64,000 nucleotides of DNA, taken from Macrostomum hystrix. Taxonomy: Eukaryota; Animalia; Platyhelminthes. The stretch spans positions 10,106,001-10,170,000 of the forward strand of contig CATNEN010000003.1 in the NCBI GenBank assembly GCA_950097015.1, given 5' to 3'. Numbering within the stretch: the first letter of the stretch is position 1; the number at the start of each line of letters is the position of its first letter. The position numbers and the translations under genes were made by a program. Below, piece after piece: positions 24,401 to 37,282 of this stretch. The notes below the pieces were generated by a model. It was not told the DNA's origin, searched no databases, and saw nothing but the letters and a program-made list of their open reading frames with translations.

Positions 24401-27400
24401 ACGAACTATTCGCCGTCGTGATCCACGGAGGCTCAGCTATGGGCGGTCATTATCACGTCTACGTGCGCGACCTCGAGCATCGAGGCAAATGGTTCGACAG
24501 CGCCGAGTCGTCGAGATCTTCGGCAACATTCTCGCCGTCGCCCTCCGTTCTGGTACAGTTGCTGATGGACGCGCCTCAACGTCGCATGGCCCTGAGTCAG
24601 CTGTCTGTTAAGTTCAAATCAGTTACAGGCCAATCATGGGCTACGGCCTGCAAGTCTAGATGGGGCAGCATCAGCCAGTATGTGAACTCAAATGCACAGC
24701 TGTTTGATTGCCAAGAGAGCGGAGATGGATTGCTTGTTCAGCTTAAACATGATACGGTTGCGATTGAAGCTGCGCTGGATAATGACGATGAATCTGCTGC
24801 TTTAGAATCTAAAGCGACAACTAGAACTGAAGGATCGTCTAGGACGGACCGCAAGGAAGACGATACTAGAGGGTAATGCTGTGGATAAGTTTAATTGACC
24901 TATCTGTTCTCCCGTAGCAACCGTTTATCTATGGTAGAAATATACATTTATGTATCGTAGCAACCAATAATTCTTTATATCCGTCAGCAACCAACTAGAT
25001 ATCCGTTTATCTACCCTAAAAAACCAACTAGATATCCATTTATCTACCCTAGAAACCAACTAGATATCCGTTTATCTGCCCTAGCAACTAGCTAAATACT
25101 AATTTATCTCCATCAGCAACCAACTAAGTGCACGTTTTGTCGTAGCAATAAACGTAACATTTATTTGTCTCTAGCAACCAACTATTATACTTATTTGTCC
25201 CCTACCCCGTCCCCTACTCCAGGCGTTGGTTTGATATAAACGATCGACGCGTTACTCCGATTCGTTCTTTCGATATTGAGCGTCAGTTCTCCGGCAGAGA
25301 ATGTGCCTACATGCTGTTCTATCGCCAGTGCCGCCTCAATGATTCAGTATTTCCATTGTCTCGCGCCGATATTAGAGAAGAAATGCCAGATTGGCTTTAT
25401 CGAGCCGTAGTTAAAGAAAATAAACTACTTAATGAGCTGCGTAGGGAACAAGAAGAGAAGCTTAATAGAGTCAGTTACGCTCTGTATCATGAGAGCCAGT
25501 TCAAACTGCGCTCAGATCGATTGATTTGGGATCCAATCGATGATAATGTCCAGCCGCATGCCACAGTTGATATTAATTGCAACAGAACAGTGGACGACCT
25601 TCTAGAAGGCATCGACAATAAGATGGTAAATTTGAGAACTTGTCTTCAGCCGCATTATACCGCCTGAATCACTAACACGACAGGTGGCGCATCATTTAGT
25701 GACACTAGACCCGCAGCCAGCGAGGAGGCAATTCTGCCCATTTCGCTGACTCCTGAGCAAACACGCACACAGATACTGTACGCAGGCACACGCTCACACA
25801 GGTGTGTACATCTGCCCTGACTTTCTCATCGTCAGGCAGTGTACACTCTCACTGTGCCTTGGAGGTTGGCCCCTCTAGGGCGTAGATTGCACGACAAGCC
25901 CCCAAGCCTTCTAATAATTAAATTTGGCCTCGCCGTGGAATCGAACTTAGGGACCTTGGTGCGTGAGGCAAACGCGTTAACCGCTCTGCCACTGACCCCC
26001 CTGCTTGTACATCTTGTACAATAGTTAATTTTTGTGATTTTGCTACGTCTAGATATCCATTCTAGTTGATTAAATCACAAAAGTCTACCTATCAAGTTGA
26101 CATTTTGTTAAAATAAGCTAGTCACTATGAATTTTAATGCTAGCTGTTTATAAGAATAAATTCAAGATAATTATACTAGTCTGTAGTGTATTCATTTCAG
26201 AATTATGATAGTTTATTAGTAAAGAAAATCGTATGAAGATCAAATTGTCATGTAAAAAACTTATCAACATTCGGTGGAGCAACATGTTAGGCAAGTTATG
26301 TCAAAAGTTATGTCAAATATCGCAATTTAAACCTGAAAATGTGAAAATGGTTATCTTCGTAGTGTATTTATTCGTGAAAACAAGCCTTCAATTTTTCTAA
26401 GAAACGTAGCTTCCCGTCCTACTCCTAGTGGTACTTGGCTAGAGCTCTAGACTTCTGACTTAGAGGTCGGGAGTTCGAAACTCAGACAACTCAGACATGG
26501 CACGGCTAATTGCTATAAAATGTACTTTTACTGTCCCAAAACACGGCTCCTAATTTTAGTCGAATCTCATGCCTGAAATCGGCGCCATCGTCTGTCTGGA
26601 GAAAACCGACTGCGGCTACTACGCACTGTGCCGACTGCCAGATCCTGACATTGTGCGCGGCGATTCAACGGTTCTGTCTGGGCCCTTCATGCGGCACTGT
26701 AGGAACGCCAATCCGTTTGTGTTTGTCTGCTTCTCAGGCAATGTGAGTTTAGACAGGTGGCCGGATTATTTAAAAGCTTGCTTATTCATCTGATGGAAAT
26801 CTGCATTCTTGCTCTGTTGTCACTGTCGGTGGCAGAGCCGTCTAACGCGGTTGCCGCTCGCGCCAAGGTCCCTGAGCTCGATTTCGCGGCAAGGCCACAT
26901 TCATTTGGGGCGCAGCCGCGGAGAGAAGGCTTGGTTGGGGGCTTGTTGTGCAATTTGCGCCATTGAGGGCCATAGACTATCGTTCTATCGTCCGCACCAT
27001 TCTTGCAGAATATTTCAACCTTTCTGTCGGGCCCAGCTAACCGACCAATCAAATTGTCGCTGCATTTTCGCGGCAGCGAAATGCTAGAACAGACTCTACC
27101 ATCTAGCATGTGTCTAATTGACTGCATCAGGCACGCTTTAGGCTCACTGTCTCACACGTTGAGCACAGATATTGAGTCTGCCATAGAGTCTGCTACTTGT
27201 TTTGTAAAACGCGAATCTACGAGCTCTAGTCAGCAGTCTCAGCGTTCAGTAGTTGCCGAGTCTGATCTTCGAATCAGTATTGGACAATTGGGCTGTCGCA
27301 GTGGCGATCGGTTTTACGTATCGGCTTCCAAGGCTGATAGTTTCACACCTGAAGCTGCGAGTCAGTTAATCGATGTCACCATGATACTGGTGAGTTTGTG

Positions 27401-29326
27401 GGCTAGCCTGTCTGTACAATGTTTGCCTAAAATTACTCTTTTTATCTACCTTAAAGAGGTTGTAGCCTCGGGGGTTCGATTCCCGACTCTACTGGAACAA
27501 TTTGTGTCACACTGAACTCCGCATTGCTTCAGTTCAATCAGTCGTTAAATGGGTACCAGCATTAGCTGGGGTAATTGGGGGTGGGTGTGGTTTCCCCCCA
27601 GTCCATGGACTGAACAGCTGTACGCAGCCTTTAGATGCGCCGCGCAATATCTGCGGCTGTGCTGTCGGCAGCACATCTGGTCCAGTTGAAGTAGGTGTGA
27701 TGCGTTATTAGTTTTTAATAATTTTTTCAGGATGAGAAGACCGGCGATAAAGCGACTAAGACACTGCGATTGAGGCCTGGTCACGTAAGTGCTTTTGTTA
27801 GCTGTGCGGCAAATATTTCACTTTGTTATATTTCTGTTTTATTTTTTTTTATAGAAAGCATATCAGGTTAAGCAGGCCATGTTTGACAAAGTAAAAAAAG
27901 ATTCGGCAGCTTTCGATATAGCGCAATGGTGCGTCCAAGTTTTTAACGAAGATTTAAACTGCTGGTGTCCCGGTAGGTCAAACAACATGTTTGTCTCCTG
28001 ATCTAGTTTGATGACATAACCATAATTTGACGCCATGTCATTTCAGAATATGATTCAACAATTGTTTCTACTATTCCTGCGCCGAAGCTTCGTCTAGTGA
28101 ACGAACCTCCGCTTGCCACTGAGCCACTAGAAGCATTCATTAAAGTTTCTGTAGATCAGACCAGCGGCATGCCAACCCGCCATGTCGGACTTATTACTAA
28201 GCTCGCCGATGATGTTTCCAAATTTCGCAAGCTTGCAGCTTCTAAACTAGGACTGTCTAATCCGAATCAGTATCACCTGTGCTTTGTGAATCCGTCCACT
28301 GGCGATGTCGGATCTGAGATTCGCGAAAATCGCAGCCTTGAAGCGGCAGGGTTAAAGAACGCTATCGAGCTTTGTCTAGTCCTCGGCCGGCCGCTTCTAA
28401 CTGGTCAGACTCGACTGCGCCTAGTTGAACATCTACCCTACGACGCATCTGATTGGCTACAGCGGCTGAGCCAATCGCCGGATTCTTTATTTCGAGAATG
28501 CGATCTCGATCTTGTAGTTAATCCAGATTTTCGCGTTGAAGATCTTAACGAAATATTGATTAAAGAGGGTCATTTAGGGCCAAACGAGACTGCTGCCATG
28601 TTTCGTCGAAAAGATAAGAACAAGCAGCTACTGGCTTTGCAGGCCTCTAAGCAGTTGTCATCTTGTCATCTGGGCCAGAAGGGTGTAGCCCTGTGCTTCA
28701 ATCGGCACTGCGATCTTCCTCCGCAAATCTCAACTAAGAACGGACGCGGTAAAAGCTTTGTCGATCCAATGCTACTTTGGTTGACTACGCGTGCTAATCT
28801 ACCCAATGCTGATTATGATTCGCCAAAGCCATTGTGGTGGCCAGATGTCCAAGACCAAGGGGACGACAGTGCAGCATCGCTCTATGCTGCTGTTGCTCAT
28901 GCAGCTTCAATCAGGTCTAAAAATGAGCGCTTTCTTCTGTTAGCTAAACGCTGTCACGACCGTTGCGAATGGACCATCATTCCAAGATTAAAGGACGTTC
29001 TTTATAGTCGAGGTACCGGCGGCGAAAACCAGGGATCTCCGCTCACTAATCTTACAAACTCACCGTACTCACTTCGCGATGGTGACGTCATCGCCTGGGC
29101 TATTGTCGGCGAGTCTTTAGGTTCTGTAGACGCCAAGTATTTCATTGGGCCGCAGGACCTGCTGGCGCAGAATGAACGCAGGCTCGCTAGAGATCGTCGT
29201 CGTGGTCGCACAGTTGACGAAGACGATTTCGGCGACGTTGGTGGAGCCTGCGGCTCGGCTGATCGACTCAGGCCGTTAGAAAAGTCTCTAATTATATCTG
29301 TGCCAAGCTATAAGCCGATTGACTAA
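21493..29326 (+). CDS. USP40: Ubiquitin carboxyl-terminal hydrolase 40-like; exons 21493-22050, 22806-23012, 24232-24872, 25223-25625, 26560-26742, 27009-27389, 27731-27784, 27855-27972, 28047-29326
   Basis: MFGDMFE start, Cys box GLENQGATCYLNSL, QHDVQELNRLLFSALE, His box HGGSAMGGHYHVYVRD, WFDIND, AYMLFYR, C-terminal SPYSLRDGDVI..EKSL; all junctions GT-AG and frame-consistent. Confidence 0.88.
22105..22722. repeat. 28-bp minisatellite GGTTCAGGTATTAGACACCTGTATTTAG in USP40 intron 1
   Basis: about 22 near-identical units. Confidence 0.97.
23150..23486 (-). mobile_element. SINE family A, near full-length
   Basis: tRNA-like head, GC-rich body, hairpin-rich tail and (ATT)n end. Confidence 0.85.
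23508..24180. repeat. 23-bp minisatellite AGTCTGGCACACAGACCTGACAC in USP40 intron 2
   Basis: about 29 units; source of the spurious Cys-rich ORFs. Confidence 0.97.
25680..26000 (-). mobile_element. SINE family A copy with clear pol III boxes
   Basis: minus strand GGGGGTCAGTGGCAGAGCGGTT (A box) and AGTTCGATTCC (B box). Confidence 0.88.
26825..26972 (+). mobile_element. SINE family A, 5' half
   Basis: GGTGGCAGAGCCG..AAGGTCCCTGAGCTCGATTTC. Confidence 0.8.
27460..27712 (+). mobile_element. SINE family B (CORE-like) copy in a USP40 intron
   Basis: GGTTCGATTCCC B box, TTCAGTTC..TAAATGGGTACC, CAGTCCATGGACTG. Confidence 0.7.
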
Positions 29327-30124
29327 GAAAATGTTGAGTTAAGCTCAGTAGCAAGTCATTAATATTCTTTTCGGTGTCTCAAAGGCGTTTGTTTTGAAAC
29401 TTACTGTTAAGAACTTGCGTCCAGTTTTTTAATTATTGATCCCAGTGAACATCAACGACAAAAAACAGTAAGTTTTCATCACTTTTTATCGCCACTATAT
29501 TTTATTTTGACAAGCTAGCACTGATACGCCTAAGCATTAGAATTTCCACGTGGCTGTAAATTATTATGACAACAAAAATAAGAAAATTATATTTTAATTT
29601 TAGCCTTTAATGTGGTAGTTCTGATGGTATCATAGCTAAAATATGTAAAAATTTGAGACACGAGTAAACATTCCAATAAATCATATTTTATATAATATTA
29701 AAAAATTTGATGTAGTTAAAATTTCTGCCCAAATCTCTGTTCTTTTATATCGCTTTTTCTGTTTCGTGCCAGTACGTCGTTATTTGTAAGTCTTTGTTTT
29801 TATATTACGATTATTTGCTACAAGACAGTATCTTGGAGGCTACAGTTCGTTAGTAGAAGTGGATACATATTTTTTTAGTTTTTAAGTCAAGTCAATGTTT
29901 ACTTTGAAGATAAAGACAGACAGTACTTCTAAATACTAAATTGACTTTTTGTATGGATTCATATTGTTTAACTTGTTCATGTTCTGTGCTTGTTTTGTTA
30001 AATAAACAGCCCTAAAATATAGGCTAGAGGAACCTTATCCTTTTCTACTTATGATTACCTTTCATTACTTTTACGGTAGTTTTACGGTAGAGTCAGGCAC
30101 TCCTGCACACAGGGGGATTATAAA

Positions 30125-30470
30125 CATTATTATACTTGCAGGAGGGCTGCGGGCAATGGGACATCGTTTGTTGACACTAGACCCGCAGCCAGCGAGGATG
30201 CAATTTTGCCCAAATCGCTGACTCCTGAGCACACACGCACACAGATACTGTACGCAGGCACACACGCTCACACAGGTGTGTACATCTACCCTGACTTACT
30301 CGTCGTCAGGCAGTGTACATTTCACTATGCCTTGAAGGTTGGCAATCAGGGGCGTGAATAGCACGACAAGCCACCAAGCCTTCTCTCCGCGGCTGCGCCC
30401 CAAATGAATGTGGCCTCGCCGCGGAATCGAGCTCAGGGACCTTGGTGCGAGAGGCAAAGGGGTTAACCGA
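30125..30470 (-). mobile_element. SINE family A, near full-length, immediately upstream of POLD2
   Basis: same body and tail as the other copies. Confidence 0.85.
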
Positions 30471-30532
30471 AATGCGCATGCTATCTTTCAGCTTCAAGTA
30501 TTCCGTACGAGCAGCTATTGTTGACTTTCGCC

Positions 30533-32795
30533 ATGCCATCAGCCAATCAGCAGCAGCGGCGTCAGACGGCGCCATATGAGAACCTGAGCTCTGACTATGT
30601 TGTCCCATCAGCTAGTCGCAATTATCGCCTACAGTATTCGCATGTGTATTCTCAGCGCTTGCACACAATGCGTTCCCAGTTAGAGAGTCTGGCCCAGCAG
30701 CAATGGCCGACAGACGCTCATCAGGCCCCGCTGCGTAGAATCTCCGAGATTGTCACGGGCGAAAAGTGCATGGTTGTTGGCACACTGTTCAAAGATATGC
30801 CATTGAAGCCTAGCATTTTAAGTGAGATTGGCGAGGATCAGCAATTGCCTACGCAACCGCCTCCCGAACGGTGCGTCAGCGACAAAGATCGCCTCATTCT
30901 GGAGGACGATCTGCAGCGCATTCAACTGGTTGGCGGCGTTGCTAAGGAGCGCCTGGTAACTGGCGTTGTGCTGGCCGTGCTGGGCAAAGAGACGGAAGAC
31001 GCTAGGGGTCGATTTCAGGTTAGTTGTGAATGCAAGTCTTTGTACTAGAGTCTTTGTCGCAAATCTTGTTTGTACAACATGTATCCTTGTACCAGAGTTT
31101 GTTATAATTTGCGTCTTTGTCTGTACAATGCGTGTCTTTGTACCTGAGCTTTTCTGTACAATTTGGGTCTTTGTACCAGATATTTTTAGTGTCTTTGTAC
31201 CAGAGCTTGTGTGTGTCTTTGTATCAGAATTCAAAGATAGCTACAATTCTTAATTAGTGTAATTTCATCACCCTAATCCTCACTCCCAATCAGGTAGAGG
31301 ACTACATATTTGCCCAGCCTGCTCCGCAGCCGCCGTGGCCTCAGCTTGAACTGTCAGCGCCAACTGGCAGCTCCAGCGACGATGACATCTGGCTAGCAGT
31401 TGTGTCCGGTCTACATATCGGCGATCCAGCCGAGGATGTTCTGAAACTGCGCCTGCTAGTTCAACGCCTCACCTGCAGCCTAATTGCTTCCAAGAGCATG
31501 CGCCAATCAGCTGCCAGCACTGTTCGACTGCTGATCGCTGGTCAGTTCTGGCTACTTTTAGTAGCATTATTTGAACCAAAAAGTTAATAATTACAGGAGG
31601 GCTGTGGTAAATGGCATCATTTGGTCACAGTGGACCAGCAGCCAGAAAGGAGGACATTTTGCCCACTCCGCTGACTGGGGGATAAATGGGTGGATGTATC
31701 TGTTCTAGAGCCTTAAGTTTATATCCACTTTATCGCACTAAGCACTGCGCCTCAGTCCCTTCAAAACTTATCAGCATGTCACCCGAATGTGCCTGCATCA
31801 TCTCCGTCTTCGGTGGTCACCTACCTTTATTTAGACAGATTGGCTGGACCTTCAAGGGCTACAACAGGTGGAAATAGGCCACCATGGACACCCTGACGCG
31901 AATTTCTCCAATTTCGCTGATCAAGCCAAAATACTAGGCGCAGCGCAACCACAGGACACCATCGCCAAGTCTGTCAACCAATCAGTCACCAGCCAACGCT
32001 GATAGCATTCAGGCGCTGTCATGAAAGTTTTTTCTGTTGGTAGGGGAGGAATTCCCTCCTAGGATTAAAATGGTTTGGTAGTCCAACTGTTGATAAAAAT
32101 TCACCTATACTATTGCAGGCAACAGTCTGGCCAAGAGTACCCAGGATCAGGAGTCGCACTCTCGAGCTCTCTACTTGTCCAAGAAGGCCGCTGTGACCAG
32201 CGCTGCAGGAGTCGCACGCCTGGACAGCCTCCTCGCCGAGCTGGCCTCCTCTTGTCCGGTGGATCTGATGCCGGGCGAATTCGATCCAAGCGGATTCTTC
32301 CTGCCTCAGCAGCCGCTGCATCAGTGCATGCTGCCGCTAGCCAGCGCTTATAGCAGCCTCAATCTGGTCACCAATCCTTACAGATTCCGTTTAGCCAATT
32401 GGTACATCCTGGCCACTAGCGGCCAGACTATAAATAATGTTCGCAAATTTAGCACCATCGACCATCCGTTGGATCTGATGGAAGCCACGCTGCGTTGGCG
32501 GCATCTGGCGCCGACTGCGCCAGACACGCTGGGATGTTTCCCATTCTACGAAACTGATTCATTGCTGCTAGATTTTAGTCCGCATCTGTACATAGCTGGC
32601 AATCAGAGTGTCTTCGGACACAGGCTAGTGAAGGACTCGCTTGGTCAGGACACTCTGCTAGTCTCTGTGCCGGCATTCGCTGATACTGGCGAGTGCGCCC
32701 TGATTGGACTGCGCAGTCGTCGAGTTCGTCGGTTGGTGCTGTCGACTGGCGGACTGAACTCGGGTCGGGAGAATACTCCCATGGATACCGATTGA
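30533..32795 (+). CDS. POLD2: DNA polymerase delta subunit 2; exons 30533-31018, 31294-31540, 32119-32795
   Basis: QYSHVYSQRL, VGTLFKDMPLKPSIL, LILEDDLQRIQL, VVSGL, LIAG|NSL, VDLMPGEFDP, LPQQPLH, TNPY, TSGQ, HLAPTAPDTL. Confidence 0.96.
31585..32000 (-). mobile_element. Decayed LINE-like 3' end sharing its tail with SINE family A (in POLD2 intron 2)
   Basis: 31590-31678 is a diverged SINE-A tail, but its upstream sequence is not SINE body; minus strand reads NKGR*PPKT, resembling the GRPxKTW end of RTE-type ORFs. Confidence 0.45.
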
Positions 32796-32816
32796 GTGAT
32801 TTCCCACTGTCTAGAT

Positions 32817-33391
32817 AGGGGTCGGCTAACTTATTTGCTAGCGGGCCAAAGCGAAAACCTAAAATGCGACAGCGGGTCGCATTGACTGTAGAAATATGCG
32901 ATATATGAAGAGATGACACACGGGAGAGACGGGAGAGACGAGACACAGGAGAGACGGGAGAGATGACACACGGGAGAGACGGGAGAGATGACACACGGGA
33001 GAGACGGGAGAGATGACACACGGGAGAGATGAGACACGGGAGAGACGGGAGAGATGACACACGGGAGAGACGGGATAGATGAGACACGGGATAGATGAGA
33101 CACGGGAGAGACGAGACATGGGAGAGATGAGACACGGGATAGATCAGACACGGGAGAGATGAGCCACGGGATAGATGAGACAGGGGAGAGATGAGACACG
33201 GGAGAGACGAGACATGGGAGAGATGAGACACGGGATAGATGAGACACGGGAGAGATGAGCCACGGGATAGATGAGACACGGGAGAGACGAGACACGGAAG
33301 AGATGAGACACGGGAGAGACGAGACACGGGAGAGATGAGACACGGGAGAGATGCGCCAGAGTTCCCGCGGGCCAAAGTTTTCCGACGCCTA
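32817..33391 (-). mobile_element. hAT-type MITE (same family as 20648-21117) with internal GAGACACGGGAGAGAT array
   Basis: TIR-like AGGGGTCGGCTAAC / GTTTTCCGACGCCT; flanked on both sides by GTCTAGAT (8 bp, nTCTAGAn target); begins about 21 nt after the POLD2 stop. Confidence 0.85.
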
Positions 33392-35429
33392 GTCTAGATC
33401 CCCATTGATAACTTCAATTTGCTAATTTCTGCTTAATTCTCGCTAATCTCATTGTTTGCGGCTGATCAATCGATAAATGAAAAGCAAGGCATTTTATTCC
33501 ATTTTTGAGATGCATTTTTACTAAACAAACTTATGTAACTTATTGTCAGTTAAAGCAGCAAATATAAATTTTCATATATACTCGTAATTTATCATTAATT
33601 GTGTGCTAATATGCACTAATTTACTACTTACAACACTGCCTAGAGATTAAGATTTATCACCGATCGTTTATAAGTTTCTTTGTAGTTTTTGCACACCTGG
33701 TCCAACTGGCATTAATGTCAGTTATATTTCTCATATAGAAGCTTAAAAAATTAATACTTCCCGCATTCGGCGTGCAAACAATGGTTTGCGTGTGTTTCGT
33801 CTGCTGTTCTTTTAGCATACATAAGATACAACACGCCTGATGGGCATGATGCCTTAATTCTTGAAAACCCCATGCGCATTATCACATTGTGGAATTATAA
33901 TGATATCATTCTTTTAAGTGAGAGTCCAATCATTTTTTGAGTCGTCCATTGTATCTGTCCGGCACACTCAGCGATAATCAATTAAAGTCCGCGCTATTCC
34001 TGCTCTTCCTCCGGCCGGTTTGCGGTGTCGTCGGGCCCGATTGGCCTTCTGGCAGCTGATTCGCTCCGCTCGGCCACACGGGCACTCGCAAATGTCGTTA
34101 GGTTCGGACAATGGGTTTAGCCTCTGCGCCAGGCGTTGTCGTTGCTTTCGCTTGAACTGCCTCATACTGCGCTTATTCCAGCACTGCGGAGCAAGTGAGG
34201 AAAGTCATGGGTTCGACCACCTGATTCGTTCATAAGATTAAATGATTTTATTCTGTACAATGCTATTGTCATGGTACAATGCTATTGCAGCGTTGTTATG
34301 ACATTAACACTAAAAAATAGTGCAGAAAAACATTGCTATGTGCTTTAGTCTATGGGTATTAACTGCGAGCGGCAGAGCGAGAAGGTGGTGTTGGGGCGAA
34401 GCCCACACTTCCTACCATAGACAAAAATGTTTGACTAAGCTATTCCTTGAATGTGGTCTACTAAACTTTAGTCTATGAACTAGAACGACATTAAGGAAAA
34501 GGACATTACCACGCATCCTACGTGCGTCTAAATGTCACAAAAAGTGCATAGCAATGACTTGACTCACTCGTTTTATCTTGCACCTGTAGTGTCTATTGTT
34601 CGGCAGTAGAATCACCTGCTTCCACAAATTATCGAAATAGGAGTTATAACCGACAAGAATTAGCGACTGATTTAGCTTAACTGGAGTGCAGGAGCAGCCA
34701 GACTTCACGACGACCACCTGCACTGATCCCGGATCAAGCATGTAGCCTACTACTCCGTTGCCAATGTACAGAACTTTTTTTACGACTAAGTTAAGTCGCC
34801 TATCATAGCCGCCTATGTAGGGCTGGCCAATAGGTGAGTTATTTGGTTGGCTCAACAACGCTTGCAGCCAACCGATTCTCACAAGTTTCACTTCGGCGGC
34901 TGCGGATGAAAGTATTAAATTAGTTTAGCTTTCTGGAGTCAAGAATCATTCGATTGTGTATGATAAGCAACCGCTAGGTCTCACCGTATGTGAAATTTCC
35001 TTGCTTAAAGTCGCTCCTTTTAAATGGATGCTCATATCGCATTCTAAACGAGCCAATCGCTCCGCGTCTCGGTGTCCTGGCGATATCGGCAATAAATTGG
35101 ACCAGGCATTGCGAGGCATTTCTAGCCTGACAGACGTCTGCAGCGGGGTGCATTAAGGGATTTTAGCAGTGCGTATTAAGCCACAAGTAAGCTAATGTAA
35201 TTAAGTACAAAATTTGTAATCCATTAAAGCTTCAATTGCGATCTTTCAACAGTTGTAAATCTTGTGAAATACGAATCAATTTAGTCTTGGTAAAAGCCGT
35301 AGAAAATATCGCTTTTTAACGATCATATTAGATATCTAGGCTTTGTATTTTTTTCGCTCGAGTTCTTTTGGGGTGGACGAAATGACGACGGAGTTAAAAA
35401 AATATCAACGTCGAAAATATCACACCTCA

Positions 35430-35820
35430 ATAAATCATGCTTCCCCCTCGATAATTCATGCTTCCCCCTGATAATGCATGCTTCCCCTCGATAATTCATG
35501 CTTCCCCCTGATAATGCATGCTTCCCCTCGATAATTCATGCTTCCCCCTGATAAATCATGCTTCCTCCTGATAAATCATGCTTCCCCCTCGATAAATCAT
35601 GCTTCCCCCTCGATAATTCATGCTTCCCCCTCGATAATTCATGCTTCCCCCTCGATAATTCATGCTTCCCCCTCGATAATTCATGCTTCCCCCTCGATAA
35701 TTCATGCTTCCCCCTCGATAATTCATGCTTCCCCCTCGATAATTCATGCTTCCCCCTCGATAATTTATGCTAGCCCCTCTATTTATGCTTTCCTCTCGAT
35801 AACTCGTGCTACCCCTCGTC
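35430..35820. repeat. 21-bp minisatellite CTTCCCCCTCGATAATTCATG
   Basis: tandem units, decaying out to about 36070. Confidence 0.93.
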
Positions 35821-37282
35821 TATTCATTCTTTTCCATCGTTAATTCAATGCTTCCTCTCGACAACTTATTCTTCGCCATCAAAAATTAATTCTACTTGAA
35901 TGCTTTCCCCTCGATAATTCATTCTACCGATAATTCAGCTAATTATCGATAATTTCTTTAATATTCGATAATTTAGCTACTTCTTGATATATCATGCTAC
36001 CCCCTAGAAAATTCATGCTATTTCGTCGGTAATTCATGCTACCCCTTCAACAAATCATGCTACCCTCTTTAATAAATGATTCTATCGTCTTGAAAAAATT
36101 TACCCTGAAAGTAGTAAGATATTACCTGAAAATCTCATTCTTTCTCCTGGAAATATCATGCAATCTGTTCAAGAAATCAAGATATTCCCTGGATGTCTAA
36201 TGCTTTTGCCTACAAATTACATGCAATTTTCTTGATATCTCATGCTGCTATCAAACAATTGCTTCCTTGCACGAAAAAGCGCTTAGTTGCAGCAATTCTC
36301 TAAACACTTTTCTTTAGTTTTGAAAATAAAAAACGTTAAAAGCTACGTATGCTCGAGCAGTCTCCATTTAGTTTTGAATCAAAAAACGCTTGCAGCTATG
36401 CTAAAAAATCTTTCCTTAGTTTTAGTGCTTAGAAATCTTAGAAAAATTAGCGTGTATAAAGCGAATGTTGAGAAGGCGAATGTTTTAGAGAACGAATCGC
36501 GAGAATCGGACAACGCGTTCGCTATAGAACAATGACAAGACCACTTTTCTCATAAAGTGAATTGACACACAGATATATAGACACTTCGTTTGTTGAATAA
36601 TTTGTTAGAAGTCTAATTATATTTTATAGGTACAGTTGCACCCTAAAAATGCAAGTCTTTCCTCGAGAGAATAAAATTCGCTAGCAGCTTGAAAAAATAA
36701 GGATAATTTGACATAATCAGCCACGTGATTCTGGGAATCATAAACTGCGCAATTCGCACCTTTTTATCTGCTACTTTGATCGCATAAATCTAACTGACTT
36801 GACTCTGATATGCTTGAAGCAAAATTTCATGGCCACGGGAGAATGTGAAGTGCAGCCCTATAGCCCAAACTTGAACCGTCTTCTAATTACGTCTGGCTGA
36901 CTTCACAGCGGTCAATTTTTATGACCTTCCGTGCAGCGAGAGTCACACTCGTCAGTTATAGGAAGGTTGAAGCATTGCCACAACTCGTGGCAGCAGTACA
37001 TCTGATGGACATTTACTGCTGAATGGGGATGTTTACGACCTTAATTTTTATTGCTTTTCAATTCGACGGTGTCTGTTGAGGACGAGGTTTGGGCTGCCAT
37101 GCAGAGTTTGCGCGAATTCTATTTAAAGTCTGGTAGGATCTGATCAGCGAGCTAAATCTAAGAGTGTAAATTTTGTTTCAAATTTTGCCTGCATCATTTT
37201 ATGACGTGATTTGTTGTGTCTGCAGACCATGTGTCTGTCGGGTTAGAGTTTTAACTATTGCCGAACTCTTGAGCTTCGAAGG

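Noticed and set aside
25800-25850. Hammerhead-like CTGACGA..GAAA on the minus strand of the SINE body
   Set aside because: Only 3 nt between the boxes (no stem II), no stem III, and the region forms a plain hairpin
26425-26490. tRNA gene candidates (also about 60100-60160)
   Set aside because: A/B-box-like sequence only, no closed acceptor stem; likely SINE heads
33960-35160. Short ORFs near CCAAT-rich promoter-like sequence
   Set aside because: No recognisable protein or coherent exon chain; possibly regulatory but unsupported
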